From the NCBI RefSeq assembly GCF_964204645.1, contig NC_134027.1, forward strand, positions 9,642,485-9,706,484: a stretch of DNA of 64,000 bases. The letters run 5' to 3'. The position numbers and the translations under genes were made by a program. Of this stretch, positions 1-11,186 are shown one piece after another (the stretch's first letter is position 1; the number at the start of each line of letters is the position of its first letter). This DNA is from Tubulanus polymorphus. Taxonomy: Eukaryota > Animalia > Nemertea. The notes under the pieces were generated by a model. The model saw only the letters and a list, made by a program, of their open reading frames with translations. It was not told the origin of the DNA and did not search any database.

Positions 1-51
1 AGCATTTGAAACCACTTCCCAAGTGGGCATGGTGTCCCTGGACCCCTAGTT
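1..51 (+). mobile_element. 3' end of a HINE/Helentron-associated non-autonomous element (same family as 18015-19296), inside an importin-4 intron
   Basis: 1-51 (agcatttgaaaccacttcccaagtgggcatggtgtccctggacccctagtt) matches 19247-19296 almost exactly, including the subterminal repeat TCCCAAGTGGGC and the terminal CTAG-TT. Confidence 0.85.
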
Positions 52-330
52 ATATCTGGAGAGTGGTTTTTTAGGAAAATATTAACATGTTTTAACTTAG
101 TCTTTATACTTGATGATTAATTGCCAGCACTGTCATAGGACACAATGCATATGGAAATGAGGTTACCCAGTGTTTCCTCAGGGAGTTCCATCTAAGTTAT
201 CAAACATTTCACTTGGCGTTGAATATTGTTGAAATTGTCAGATTGTCGAGCATACTTCCATGGTATTCTTGAACCCTTAGTTATTTTGAGGATTTGTGCC
301 TTTCAACCCAATTGCTGTGTATCATTGCAG

Positions 331-1568
331 AAAAAGAATTCAACGATTTCGGAGAAATCATTTGCGATCGGCGTGATCGGAGAAACGGCAGACGCATCGC
401 CGGCTGTGGCAGAAACGTTCTTATCGGATTTGATGCCGTTGATAAATGCAGCGATCAGCGATGAGGACGATGAAGTTAGAAGCAATGCTGCGTATGCTCT
501 GGGCGTGGTCACTGCCAACGCTGGACAAGTTATGTATTCGTATCCTTTTGTTTCAAAAATATGTTCTACTTCAAAGTAAAATTTTGTTACGATTTTGTTA
601 TCCCAATCTGAAATGATAAAAACGGTTTTCTAGTATTTAAGAAATCGTAATAACAATTGATGGATTGTGATTTTTCAGCGTGCAGCTTTATGGTCCTATC
701 TGGGCATGAAATCCTTTTCTATCCTTGTAAGCATTGCGTTGTATACCACTGAATTTTTCTTGATCAACACATCAGGAAATATCCGAAGGTGCTTCATCAG
801 TTGATTGGCATTCTGCAAAAAGAAAGCAATGTACGCGTTGTAGACAATTGTTGTGCCGCAATGTGTCGGCTGATCATGGCTAATTTTGATGCCGTACCAA
901 TTAATGAGGTCAGTTCTAGCCTTTCACCATCTTTGATCAATCTCATATCCGAGACGCTCAATAAATATGATGATTGATATTTGTAGGTATTACCGATAGT
1001 AACGTCTTGTCTACCATTGAAAGAAGATTTTGAGGAGAACAAAACAGTTTTTACTTGCCTTTGGAAACTATTTGAAGCTGACCATTCGTCTGTAAGTTGA
1101 TGTTCTAAGCTGTTTTTTATCATGGCATCTGCAATTGAGTTACCGGTACATCTTAAAAGGTTTATTACTCATCACAAGGAATTATTTCCTATTTTCTTTG
1201 CAGATTAAGGGTGAACTTCCAAAGATATTCACAGCGATTGCCCATGTCTTGCAGACTGATCAAATAAAGCTAGGTTAGTCATATCAGTATGTAATCATCA
1301 TATGTAAACTGTAGTTGTTCATGTTTCCGAAGTCCGAGGTACATTTCAATGCATCCATCCATAGAAAAACCTTGGTACTATATATCATCATGAATGTATG
1401 TATCAATGGTAATTCACATTCCTAAAAATTTGTATTTTAGATACTCAAGAAGTTCTTGTATTGATGGTTCGTACAGCACATCAGCGTCTGCCCGAACATC
1501 TAACATCGTTTATAGCTTCCTTCCCAGCAGATGGTGCTGCTAAACTACAAGCTTGTCTCCAAATATGA
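331..1568 (+). CDS. IPO4: Importin-4 (HEAT-repeat karyopherin), last five coding exons: 331-539, 776-908, 987-1091, 1204-1273, 1441-1568; 5' part lies outside the window
   Basis: GT-AG splicing keeps one frame: KKNSTISEKSFAIGVIGE...DEDDEVRSNAAYALG...VVDNCCAAMCRLI...LPLKEDFEENKTVF...LQI*. These motifs resemble the importin-4/Kap123 C-terminal HEAT repeats. AATAAA at ~1852. Confidence 0.85.
540..775 (+). other. U12-type (minor spliceosome) GT-AG intron in IPO4
   Basis: Donor GTATCCTTTT at 540; branch-like TTTTCTTGAT at ~755-764, about 11 nt before CAG; no polypyrimidine tract; splicing restores the frame (TC|G AAA TAT). Confidence 0.8.
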
Positions 1569-2852
1569 TTGAATATTTAAGGTTTGAATGATACTTTTGA
1601 TAAAAAAAAAGTTATTTTGGAGTTTCGAAGTTAATTTAATGGTTTCTACTTCATCGAATGTAGTACGTTGTTTTTGTTCAAGATTTGAATCGAACTATAA
1701 TTGGTCTGTTAAGTAGGTGATTATCACGATTCTAATTTCGCTAAAGCATGGTGTTTTCAAAGGCAGTTGAATCTAGTTTGTCTTCCTACCTGACCACTTA
1801 TAAACCTCGAGTTGTGTTTTGAAAATGATGTTCTTGTATTATGAAAGTTTTAATAAAAACTAGTCATTATTTATAGAAAATTAAAGATTTTGTTATTGTT
1901 AATGATTGGCTCGCAAAGTGAAAATTTTTCAACTGTAAAAATTCCCTTTAACCAAACGTTTGATGAGTATTTATTAAATGTGCCTTCTGCAGCACTATCC
2001 ATCCAGGCTAAGTGCTGCACTTGAAATACCACCTTAAGTGCTTTCTGAACAGCATAGCTGATAGATTTCAACACACGACTGATGATCGAAGAGGCCTGAT
2101 CACTAACAGACTAAACCGGAACAATGTAATTGATTGAAATGCATAGGCTCGCCTGTTGATATTGACTGGCCAATTAATAGATGGCAAGGAAGTGTAAGGC
2201 TGTAGATCTCCTGGTCGATTAGAGGTCTGATGAATTATAATCCCAATCTTCTGAAGTAATGATTAGGTTTCACTACCGGGTAATAGAAATCAATCATTCT
2301 TTAAGATCATCGCGAATTTTTATTTCATATAAACTCAATATTTTCATATACCGGTATAAGTACAAACGTATATAAATATGTAAAAAATAAAAGTACACTA
2401 CATATTACTCATTCTTTACAGTAAAGTACAGGTACTACCAGTAAACCTTACATAACTCTGACATTAAATTTGTATGATGGAAAATTTCTGAAGTTCGGAA
2501 TATTGAATTCAGTCTTTTTACGGTTGGGTCCTGACAAGTGTTAAGCAGTCTGCTGTCTATAGAACTATATGGATTAAGTTAAATAAACTACACACCTATT
2601 ATAATACATTTGACATGAGTTTAAAAAGTACCGTTGCATTGGACTTGGACAATTTCTGGTAACCAACAATGGTAGTATGAATCGTTTGTGAAAAGATAAT
2701 AAAACATTCCCGGTACATACGTTCATATATTCATGTACGCATGTTTGTCTCTAAACTCTCAATGTTACAGTTGAAATGCTTGTTTCAGAAATGCAATTGT
2801 TATAAATGTATTATTTATATGTGAAGTGTTTGATAATAATCGTGTAACAGTC

Positions 2853-3067
2853 TAAGGCTAAAAAATAAACCTTGTTTCTCCTAATTGGCTGGGTTGATTT
2901 ATAAATCGCAATAAAATTTGTTACCAGTTTATTTCTATAGCTGAAAGGTCTGTTACTGCGTGATCATGATTCAAAAAAAGTAATGTACGGAGTAGATAGG
3001 CAACCAGCCAAGTTTACTTTTAAGCTCGGCAGAAAGGAGAAACAAGGAATTAAATTTTTTAGCGTGA
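2853..3067. mobile_element. MITE family A, copy 1 (TIR TAAGGCTAAAAAA...CTTGTTTCTC)
   Basis: Left end taaggctaaaaaataaaccttgtttctc; right end gagaaacaaggaattaaattttttagcgtga is its imperfect inverse; same ends as 6227-6435. Confidence 0.65.
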
Positions 3068-3547
3068 TCTCTAAAATAACTTTTATTGTTCTTTGGCTTT
3101 AATCATATAAAGAAACATAAGGTACAGATTTGTTAACATTTTAAATCCGGATTCAAGTTGGCCTCTTCCTCCAGGCTATGAAGGAGAAATTCATTACGAT
3201 CACAGAATAGCTAATAACGGGTAATTTAAACCAAAATACAACTTGAAACAATGCTGTAATTGAAAACCTTTTGACAGAATAACTTATTTTCTATAAAAGT
3301 GACTGATAAATAAATTCACTCTGAAAAGCGAATTACGTACACATATGATATGTATGAAATGGTAGATGTTAATACCTGCCACAAGGGATTTTACCAAAAT
3401 TTTTTATTGTCAATGGGACGGTCATGATTGATACTCTAGGTTTATATTTTTTCTAGGCTGCCTTCAGTAGGTTATCTCTTAAATTCACATAACCAATAAT
3501 ACCTTTATATTATGCAAAAACTATCGTAGCCGGGGATTGAAAAATTT

Positions 3548-6500
3548 TCAGGATGGATATGCATATGTTCTAAGCGGGATGGCTTCTTCGACAACGTATG
3601 GTTCATCGAATACACTGAGTTGTTCAGCATAGAGTTCATTATATATACACGGCGGTCGATCGCTGACTGATGATAGCAATTCATTACACAATTGGCTTCC
3701 CCAATTTTCTCCATCTGAAATCAAAAGAATACGATTTTCATTTACTCGGCGTTAAGTTAGGTAACACCCTAGTAAGTATATGCAGCGATATATAAAATGA
3801 CTTACCTATGAAACCGCTGTCATAGACCAGTTTTAGATTATGAATACATTCGAGGATTCCTTCGATGTTTTGTGCGTCGTACTCTTTCACGTGGCGCGCG
3901 TTCTTCCACACGCTTGACCCTTGATCGAAACGTACGATGACGAACTTGTCGTCCATTCGCTCGGATGACCGGTTGACGAGTTGAATAAAACGCGACGCTT
4001 TCGACGCCATCGGTAAGCACACGTGCTCGGACTTCTTAACGGCGCGAGCGATGAGGACGATCCAGTCCGCTTCGTCGACAAGGTTCGCGAGAGCGTCGGA
4101 CCACGTACGAACATAAAGCACTTCGAAATCGGGCTTGTCCCGCAAGTATTTGATGAATTGATCAACTTTGCCGTCCCGCGATTGATAACGCATCGACTCA
4201 AGGATAAGTATTTTGATTGAATCTTTGTCGGTAAATGCAATTTTATCTAGAATAAAATCATGAGAAAATGTTTCATGGAATCACAAAATTATGTATCGTG
4301 GAATTCAGATATTTCTTGGACGATGCATACCGAGTGAAGTCTTTCTCTTCTTTATGTAAACGATGACTAATGATACGACGATTATAATGACTACTAATAT
4401 TACAGCTGCACATATTGTTGGTATCACAAAATTCGATGGTTCTGAAAAAGAATTAGGTTTACTTAACAACCAAAATGTATTATGCTTAATGTAGAAATTC
4501 AGTGTATGGAGATAGTAACTGAAGATGATTATTCAATTTATGAAATTTGATATATATATTACATACCTGAAATGAATTTCACCTGCCTGCTCATCCAATA
4601 CCTGCACCTAGGTCGGCATTCTAATAGTTCATCTTTGCAAAGACATTCTCCTTCAGTAAGACGAAATGTATCTACTGGTCTTATCTAATTAATTATGAAA
4701 AATGAGTCCTTTCTTTACAACTTATATATATTTCAACTATGATTAAAACTTGAACAAACCGGGGAATCTATTGAGTGACATAAATGAAAGCTTACTCTGA
4801 TTCTGTAAAAACCCGGCACTACATCAAGAAATTTTGTCTGAAATTAAAAAGTTCACAAAATAAATTATCATTTTCAACTCACACCCAGTTTTATTTTTAG
4901 CCCAGCCAAGAAAAAGTGATGTAAGTATTGGATTTTGTTCTAGTGGAATTTGACATCGTCAGTCCTAATATCGATTACTTACATTCAGTAATTCTACATG
5001 ATCGTCAACACATTTTCCAGCAACAGGGCTTTGTTTGAATGGCTGAAATACGAGGTTAAAAATGTTAACCATTTCAAATGTATGTTAAACCAGAAAACTA
5101 TTTTTATACTTGAACATGAAGCGAAGAACTTGTTGATTACATGTATCTATATCAGATATTATAAGTGGTTTCATAGATTTGAATAATGGTCCTGAATGTT
5201 CTAGGAAATGTCCCTCGTTTATTATGTGTATAGCTTTTGCTATAGGAGATATGCGAGGCAATGCTAAAATAACTGTAACAATAAATTTAATTCATCATAG
5301 ATATCATGACCTGGTAGTTAAAATGAGAGAGAAATTCAACGCATGAAATTCCCCTGGTGTTTGCTGAATCGGGAGACAACTTAATTATTAACACAACTTT
5401 TGACATGGATAAGCAATTGAGAACTAAGCAAACCCACTAACCATTTCTTTTTCTAAAAACCTGCAGTATATTTCAAAGTAATCCTTTGTACAATTTTTGT
5501 AATCTTTTTCTTGATTACTTGACATGAATATTAAGAACTTGTTTTGGTGAAAATTATTGAGAATGAAATACCGTTATTACAAATCATTTATTAACAATAC
5601 CATTAAAAAAATCGCACACATAGACTGGTGGCTTTGAATTACTACAGTCAAACAAGCTTAATCCGAATACGGATGAAGGTCTAATCCGCACAATATTTGC
5701 AGTCCATTTGTTCATTGTTCAATAGTAACAAGAAAATTATTTTCGATCCCGAATTCCCATAAACCGAATGATTTTTGTTGGTCCCAAATGATCCGAATTA
5801 AGCGGACTCTACTGTACAACTTTAATTCAAAACTTTTATCAAAGTGCTTTAATGATGTTACGTGCTTACGTACTCCTTTGACAATTTCATACACCGAACA
5901 TTTTCCATTCTCTTCATTGCACAATTCAACTTTGTACTCCATGAAGTTGTATATGGCCGGTGCAGAAATAAAGTACACCTTCAGGTACCGAAGATCAACG
6001 TTTGATTCATATTTGAAGTATTTCGGTATCCAGTTGGCCGGTGCTGGAAATTTGTTTTCTAAAACGAAAAAAGAAGAATCATTCTACACGCTTATATATA
6101 TAACCCCTGGATAGCGTATTTCTAATGATAATAGAGGTTTTATGATCCAAAATGCTTGCCACAGAATGCAATAAAACTGAGTAAGCAGCTATTGTTTTCA
6201 CTTGAATAATATGTATCAAATTCATGTAAGGCTAAAAAATCTTGTTTCTACTTTCTGCGGACCATAAAATTGACCAGGCCGGCCCCCTATCTACCCTGTA
6301 CTTTATCTTTTTTAAAAATCGTGATCAAGTTAACCATAACAGACCCGGCAGCTAAATGAACTGATAGCAAATTTGATTGCAATTTAAAAGTGACGCTGCT
6401 GATTAGGAGAAACTAGGTATAATTTTTTAGCCTAAGCATACGATTACGTACTGCATGTGGTGAAATATTCCTGAGCCGGATTCATCAGCGATGTGACCGG

Positions 6501-9500
6501 GTAATGTTTGACGAACAACTCATACGAATGACCGCCTCGTAGATTGTCGATACAATCGTACCTGTACACAGGCTGAATAAATGAGAAAATGCCATGGTTA
6601 TATCTCTATAAATTACCTTTTTTCATTTATGAAATATAGCGCTGTCCGTAAATTGCTCTCGTAATGTCTTCAGCCATTCAAAGTTTAATGGGGCAATATA
6701 TCATCACTAAATGGCTTCGTTACTAATTACCCACAAATCTTCCATCGGAAAATACATCAATTCCAGACTGAAGACTTGTAAGGGCATAATTCATTGATTA
6801 TCTGAATCTATAATTTCAATCAAAAATACGTATTTTTGCTTCAATTTATTACTATCTCTATCATATTATTACCCAATGGCTTCGTTACTAATTACCCACA
6901 AATCTTCCATCGGAAAATACATCAATTCCAGACTGAAGACTTGTAAGGGCATAATTCATTGATTATCTGAATCTATAATTTCAATCAAAAATACGTATTT
7001 TTGCTTCAATTTATTACTATCTCTATCATATTATTACCCGCTTAATCCAGATTCAGGTGTAATCTGGACAATATTTGCTGTGCACTTGTTCATCAATATA
7101 CGAGAAAATGACTTTTTATCTGGATCTCCCGTAATATGGATGAATTTTGTTTGTCCCAAATGATCCGAATTTAGCAGAATCTACTGTATTACTATTCAAA
7201 AGGAGCCACACTCTGCACAGAGGAACTTCGTCTCGGGATTTAATGGGTTTGCAGAACATTTTAAGCAGGCAAGATTTTCTAATTACATACAGTCTGGACT
7301 ATCATGGATCTTACCGGACAACGGACATCTTTATCCGTCCAGGTTTTATTGCATAGACTCATTGCCATCGATAACTTCTTGTTCTTTACATCTCCCTCGA
7401 GTCCTGTCACCGTTACAGTAACTCCGCGCAACTGGCGAATACCGGCTGTAAAATATATATACACGTGTCGTCTTATTCACACGGATATCACGAACGACCG
7501 TAATGAAAAAAGCAAATTTCAAAGTTACATCGCACAAAATTGATATTGATAGACTTTGGTAATACATGCACACGGCAGAAATATTCCGTGTAAAACAAAT
7601 AAAACCGCGGCTATCATGAGAGATCTGATCATCTTATTTCAAATGACACTCACCGCTACCAAATGGTTGCCATTCGATTTTCACAGCAGATACATATTTT
7701 CCAGACAAAAGTTTCAAGTAAGGCCAGGCCTTGACATAATTCGAATTAGGTTGAACCGTATAATCTTTGTTTTCATAGTCGACATTCGGGCAGATTTTGG
7801 CTTCTGTTTCCCCTAGAATTAGCGAAATATTGTATCGAAAGATTATTTTCATAATATCTTTTAAAGAGGATTTCACTTGTACTCTAGACGAAGGTAATTT
7901 CCTTTTTTTGCGTTCCAATTAAAAAACCCAGTTCCCCGTAAACAAAAAATGTTAGTGGGCCTTTTTCATGACTTTTCATGGCCTTTTTAGACAAAAACCC
8001 ATTTTGATCATGGGAAAAATCTGACCCAAAAATTTTCTATGGGCATAATAGCTGAACAAAAAAATCCCGACATCAAAATACCTGAAGAAGTCAAGATGCA
8101 AACAACAGAATGAATAGTCTAGGTTTTAATAACAATTTTCTCCTTTTCTATCAAACAGTAAAACCTGTTCTTGGGAAGAAGCAAGTTGAATAGCATCGTA
8201 AAAGGATGAAGCACATTATAAAATAGAGAATTGTTACATCGCCATGCTAAGCACTGAAGAAATTTTTCATGTAAAGAAGCGTGCAAAGCGTTAGAATGTT
8301 CGACTTGAAAGGTGATGGGTCCTTTTTATCGACAATAATCTTCAACGTTTGAAATTCTTAATCCCGAACTAAGACGCAAACATCAATAGACTTCGGCAAT
8401 GGCTATTATTTAGTATGAAATATGCAAATCCAAAATCTAAGAGGCATCGATCGAATGAAATCCTCCAAATGACAGTGCCAAGGCCTATCCTGAATGCATG
8501 GCCGGCCTAGTGTACGTCGGTGCATGACTTTATCAAAACTCAAAATATACGTGTGAAGTGATGAGGTTTCCCCGATTTCAACACGCACGATAAACTGCCT
8601 TCAATTAGACTAATAAAGTATGAATAAAATATCATAGTTTGATGCGGGGAATTCCCTAGCTACACATATCAGTGACCCAGCAAAGTCAGAAAGCAAATAT
8701 ATCAATTCATGATCACATTATGCGACAAAATTCCAGCATATGGAGATGAGGCGCAAGAGAAAAAATTGAAAAAAATGACTTCCAATTGTCATAACAAATA
8801 TGTTTATATCATCAGTTATATCATTCAAATGGGACTTGAAATTACATGAAGGTTATAGGCCCTTACGGACAGGAAAAATGACTACAATATTGTGTAGGCC
8901 TGTGCAGTTTATCTCAACAATGGCTTGGTTTACACGGAAAAATTGTTTTTTGTCCTAGAATCTGAAAACATCCACAATAGTAAAGCATTATAACATAAAC
9001 TTTACATTATTAGTAACTTAAGGTGCATAAAGTAGCAAAGCTAACTGGATAAGATTAGTCATTATTCATTATTTCTTAGTCATTATTTCTTTCATAATGG
9101 TAGTCCTAAAATTACCTAGAAAATGTGGAAATATTATATCAAGGGATAGGTATAGCAGGCTCCTTTCTGGCCCCACTGTTCATTAACAAACTCTCTTTCC
9201 AGGGCCCATTACACAGTCATGACCTTCAATACTCACTCAGGGTTCATTTTCTCAAGGATGCTTTAAATTCAAAGCCATTCAAGGGCACCCAAAACTAAAA
9301 TTCAAGATCAGTCCAAAGATTGCATCCTATTGTAAAAATGTTTGATTAATCAAATTATATTCGAGGGCCCTTCAGGTTATTTTATTTCTAATGTCATTGC
9401 GAATGTATTTTTGCATGTATAGTAACCATATGCGCAACATTTGGTTGTTGTCTCTAGCACCCAGTAGCCGTGACCTCTAATACTCTATTAGATGATCTTT

Positions 9501-10366
9501 AGAACCAAAAAGGGCATAGACTCGTCTTAGTAAGCATTAACTTGGTTATTGTAGCCCCACATGAAATCCCACATCGTACTACACATCAAAGCACTAGAAA
9601 TACAATTGATGGCTGGTTACTTAAAACTTGAATAGAACCACAAATAATTATAACTGTTTAAATACTGATTCGCATTTAGTTTAGGTATAAGAAAAATGAA
9701 ATAGCCTAGGCCTATATATTCTAGATAGAGATCTATATGTTAGAAAATGACATACAAGCGTCCAAAACAAAGCACTTCTTTCCAACTTACCGGGATGAAT
9801 AACAGTTGTACTGCAATTGATATTATTTGTCTAAAATGGAATTATTGATTCGACTTAAAATGAATAAGGTCTATATAATTATAAATAAACATATGATTTT
9901 GGAAAATACAGACTATTTTCTATTTCACACGGAACATCAGCTATTGATATTGACCACCAGGTAATGACTGACACTGTGCCTGAAGCATTATTACAGGCTA
10001 AAGACAAAATGAAATTTTCCAATCATTTTTCATATTTATTGAACTACGCACCGCAAGCCAATATCTAATTAAAATTATGAAAAATGGAATTCGACTATCA
10101 ATACTTAAGATCGAAATGCACAGTAAAAACTATTGATAACTATTGACTACCAAAAAATAAAAGATGAGAATGTGAATAACTTAAAGAAAAAATATGCCGC
10201 TAAGTCTTAAGAAAAAAATTCTTTTCGACTTGTTAAAAAATCAACATTTCATTAGGCCTACCTTTTTTCCAGGACAATAACTAGATATTCTCGGGTCTTC
10301 ACATGCGCAAATAAAGGCTCCGAATACGTAAAGGCATATTTTCAACTGGATGTGCCGTGTCATCAT
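3548..10366 (-). CDS. IL-17 receptor-like type I membrane protein (FN3-like ectodomain, TM, SEFIR-like cytoplasmic domain), ~559 aa. Exons 10366-10262, 9830-9791, 7812-7654, 7445-7315, 6572-6452, 6058-5874, 5042-4983, 4837-4796, 4684-4567, 4441-4331, 4246-3806, 3714-3548
   Basis: Twelve GT-AG exons join in phase (1680 nt). Signal peptide MMTRHIQLKICLYVFGAFICA; ectodomain motifs YRYDCIDNLRGGHSYELFV, W...VYFISAPAIYNFMEYKVEL, PGFYRIRIRPVD...CLCKDELLECRPRC; TM VIPTICAAVILVVIIIVVSLVIVYI followed by KKRK; cytoplasmic KILILES...VDQFIKYL...EADWIVLIA...KFVIVRF has a SEFIR/TIR-like pattern. Confidence 0.75.
5643..5816. mobile_element. MITE family B (Tc1/mariner-pogo-like, TA-CAGT...ACTG-TA), intronic
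   Basis: TA|CAGTCAAACAAGCTTAATCCG ... CCGAATTAAGCGGACTCTACTG|TA: imperfect TIRs with a TA duplication; related copy at 7040-7188. Confidence 0.7.
6227..6435. mobile_element. MITE family A, copy 2
   Basis: taaggctaaaaaatcttgtttct ... ggagaaactaggtataattttttagcctaa inverted ends; shares termini with 2853-3067. Confidence 0.7.
6710..7039. repeat. Tandem duplication, 2 x 165 bp, intronic
   Basis: aatggcttcgttactaattacccacaaatc...tcatattattaccc occurs at 6710-6874 and 6875-7039 with no difference I can see. Confidence 0.95.
7040..7188. mobile_element. MITE family B, left-truncated diverged copy
   Basis: gcttaatcc...acaatatttgc...ttgttcat...gtcccaaatgatccgaattt...tctactgta aligns with 5655-5816. 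Confidence 0.65.
9335..9450 (+). repeat. Dispersed ~115-bp repeat, copy 1 (copy 2 at 11958-12075)
   Basis: aaaatgtttgattaat.aaattatatt.gagggcccttc.ggttatt...gcgaatgt...gtaaccatatgcgc is shared in direct orientation. Confidence 0.8.
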
Positions 10367-11186
10367 CGCGAACAATCAGTAGTAGCTTGTTGAACTGGAG
10401 CTTCGATGATAATGTGCGGCTTTTGACGCTTGAAAGCCGCCATGTTGTTTACATTCTGTACTACTATCACCATCTGGCGGTTGCCGTGCATGAAAATCCG
10501 ATCCCTTTCGAATCCCGATTTATCATCAATTTATTTTCCAAAAAATGTTGTTCACTGGACCGGTGGTTTCAAAGCCTTCGAAAGTTTTCTGTAAACAGAA
10601 AATTACATAAATTAAGCTCTCAGAACTTAAATTTCTCAGAACATTCAATGCATAGAAAATCCACCAAAGATGGCTTACTTAAGTTTTTTTCTTTTAATCT
10701 TTTATGCTTGCCACGCTTCGTGTTTTAACAGGCCTCGACGTATTTCTGTAATAAGCACTTTCAAATACATATGATTTGGAAAACTGGTTTATACGGACTG
10801 ACAGATTTAGGACCGGGTCTTTGAACAGCTATAAATAACACACATATTGGCTCGTTGCTATTGTTAGAAATGAACGTATATTTAGGGCTTCTGAATTATT
10901 CTAATTCATTATGTTTCGTGGGCAAAATTTATATAGGCTACGAATACATGTATTTCTGGGAACGTTACAGATCTATGATTGGAAATATAAGTTTTTTACT
11001 TGCATGAATAGCAGGTAAGCAATGAGCGAAGTTTGAAAATAATGGAACCCATTATTTCAATAAACCGATTTATACGATTGATTTCAACAGCCTGTCATGC
11101 TAGAACTATGACATGCGCCTCTTGCGACCGATTTGCACAGTTGCTGGCAATTCTTTCAGGGGAGTTTTTCAGAATGGTCGGATCTG

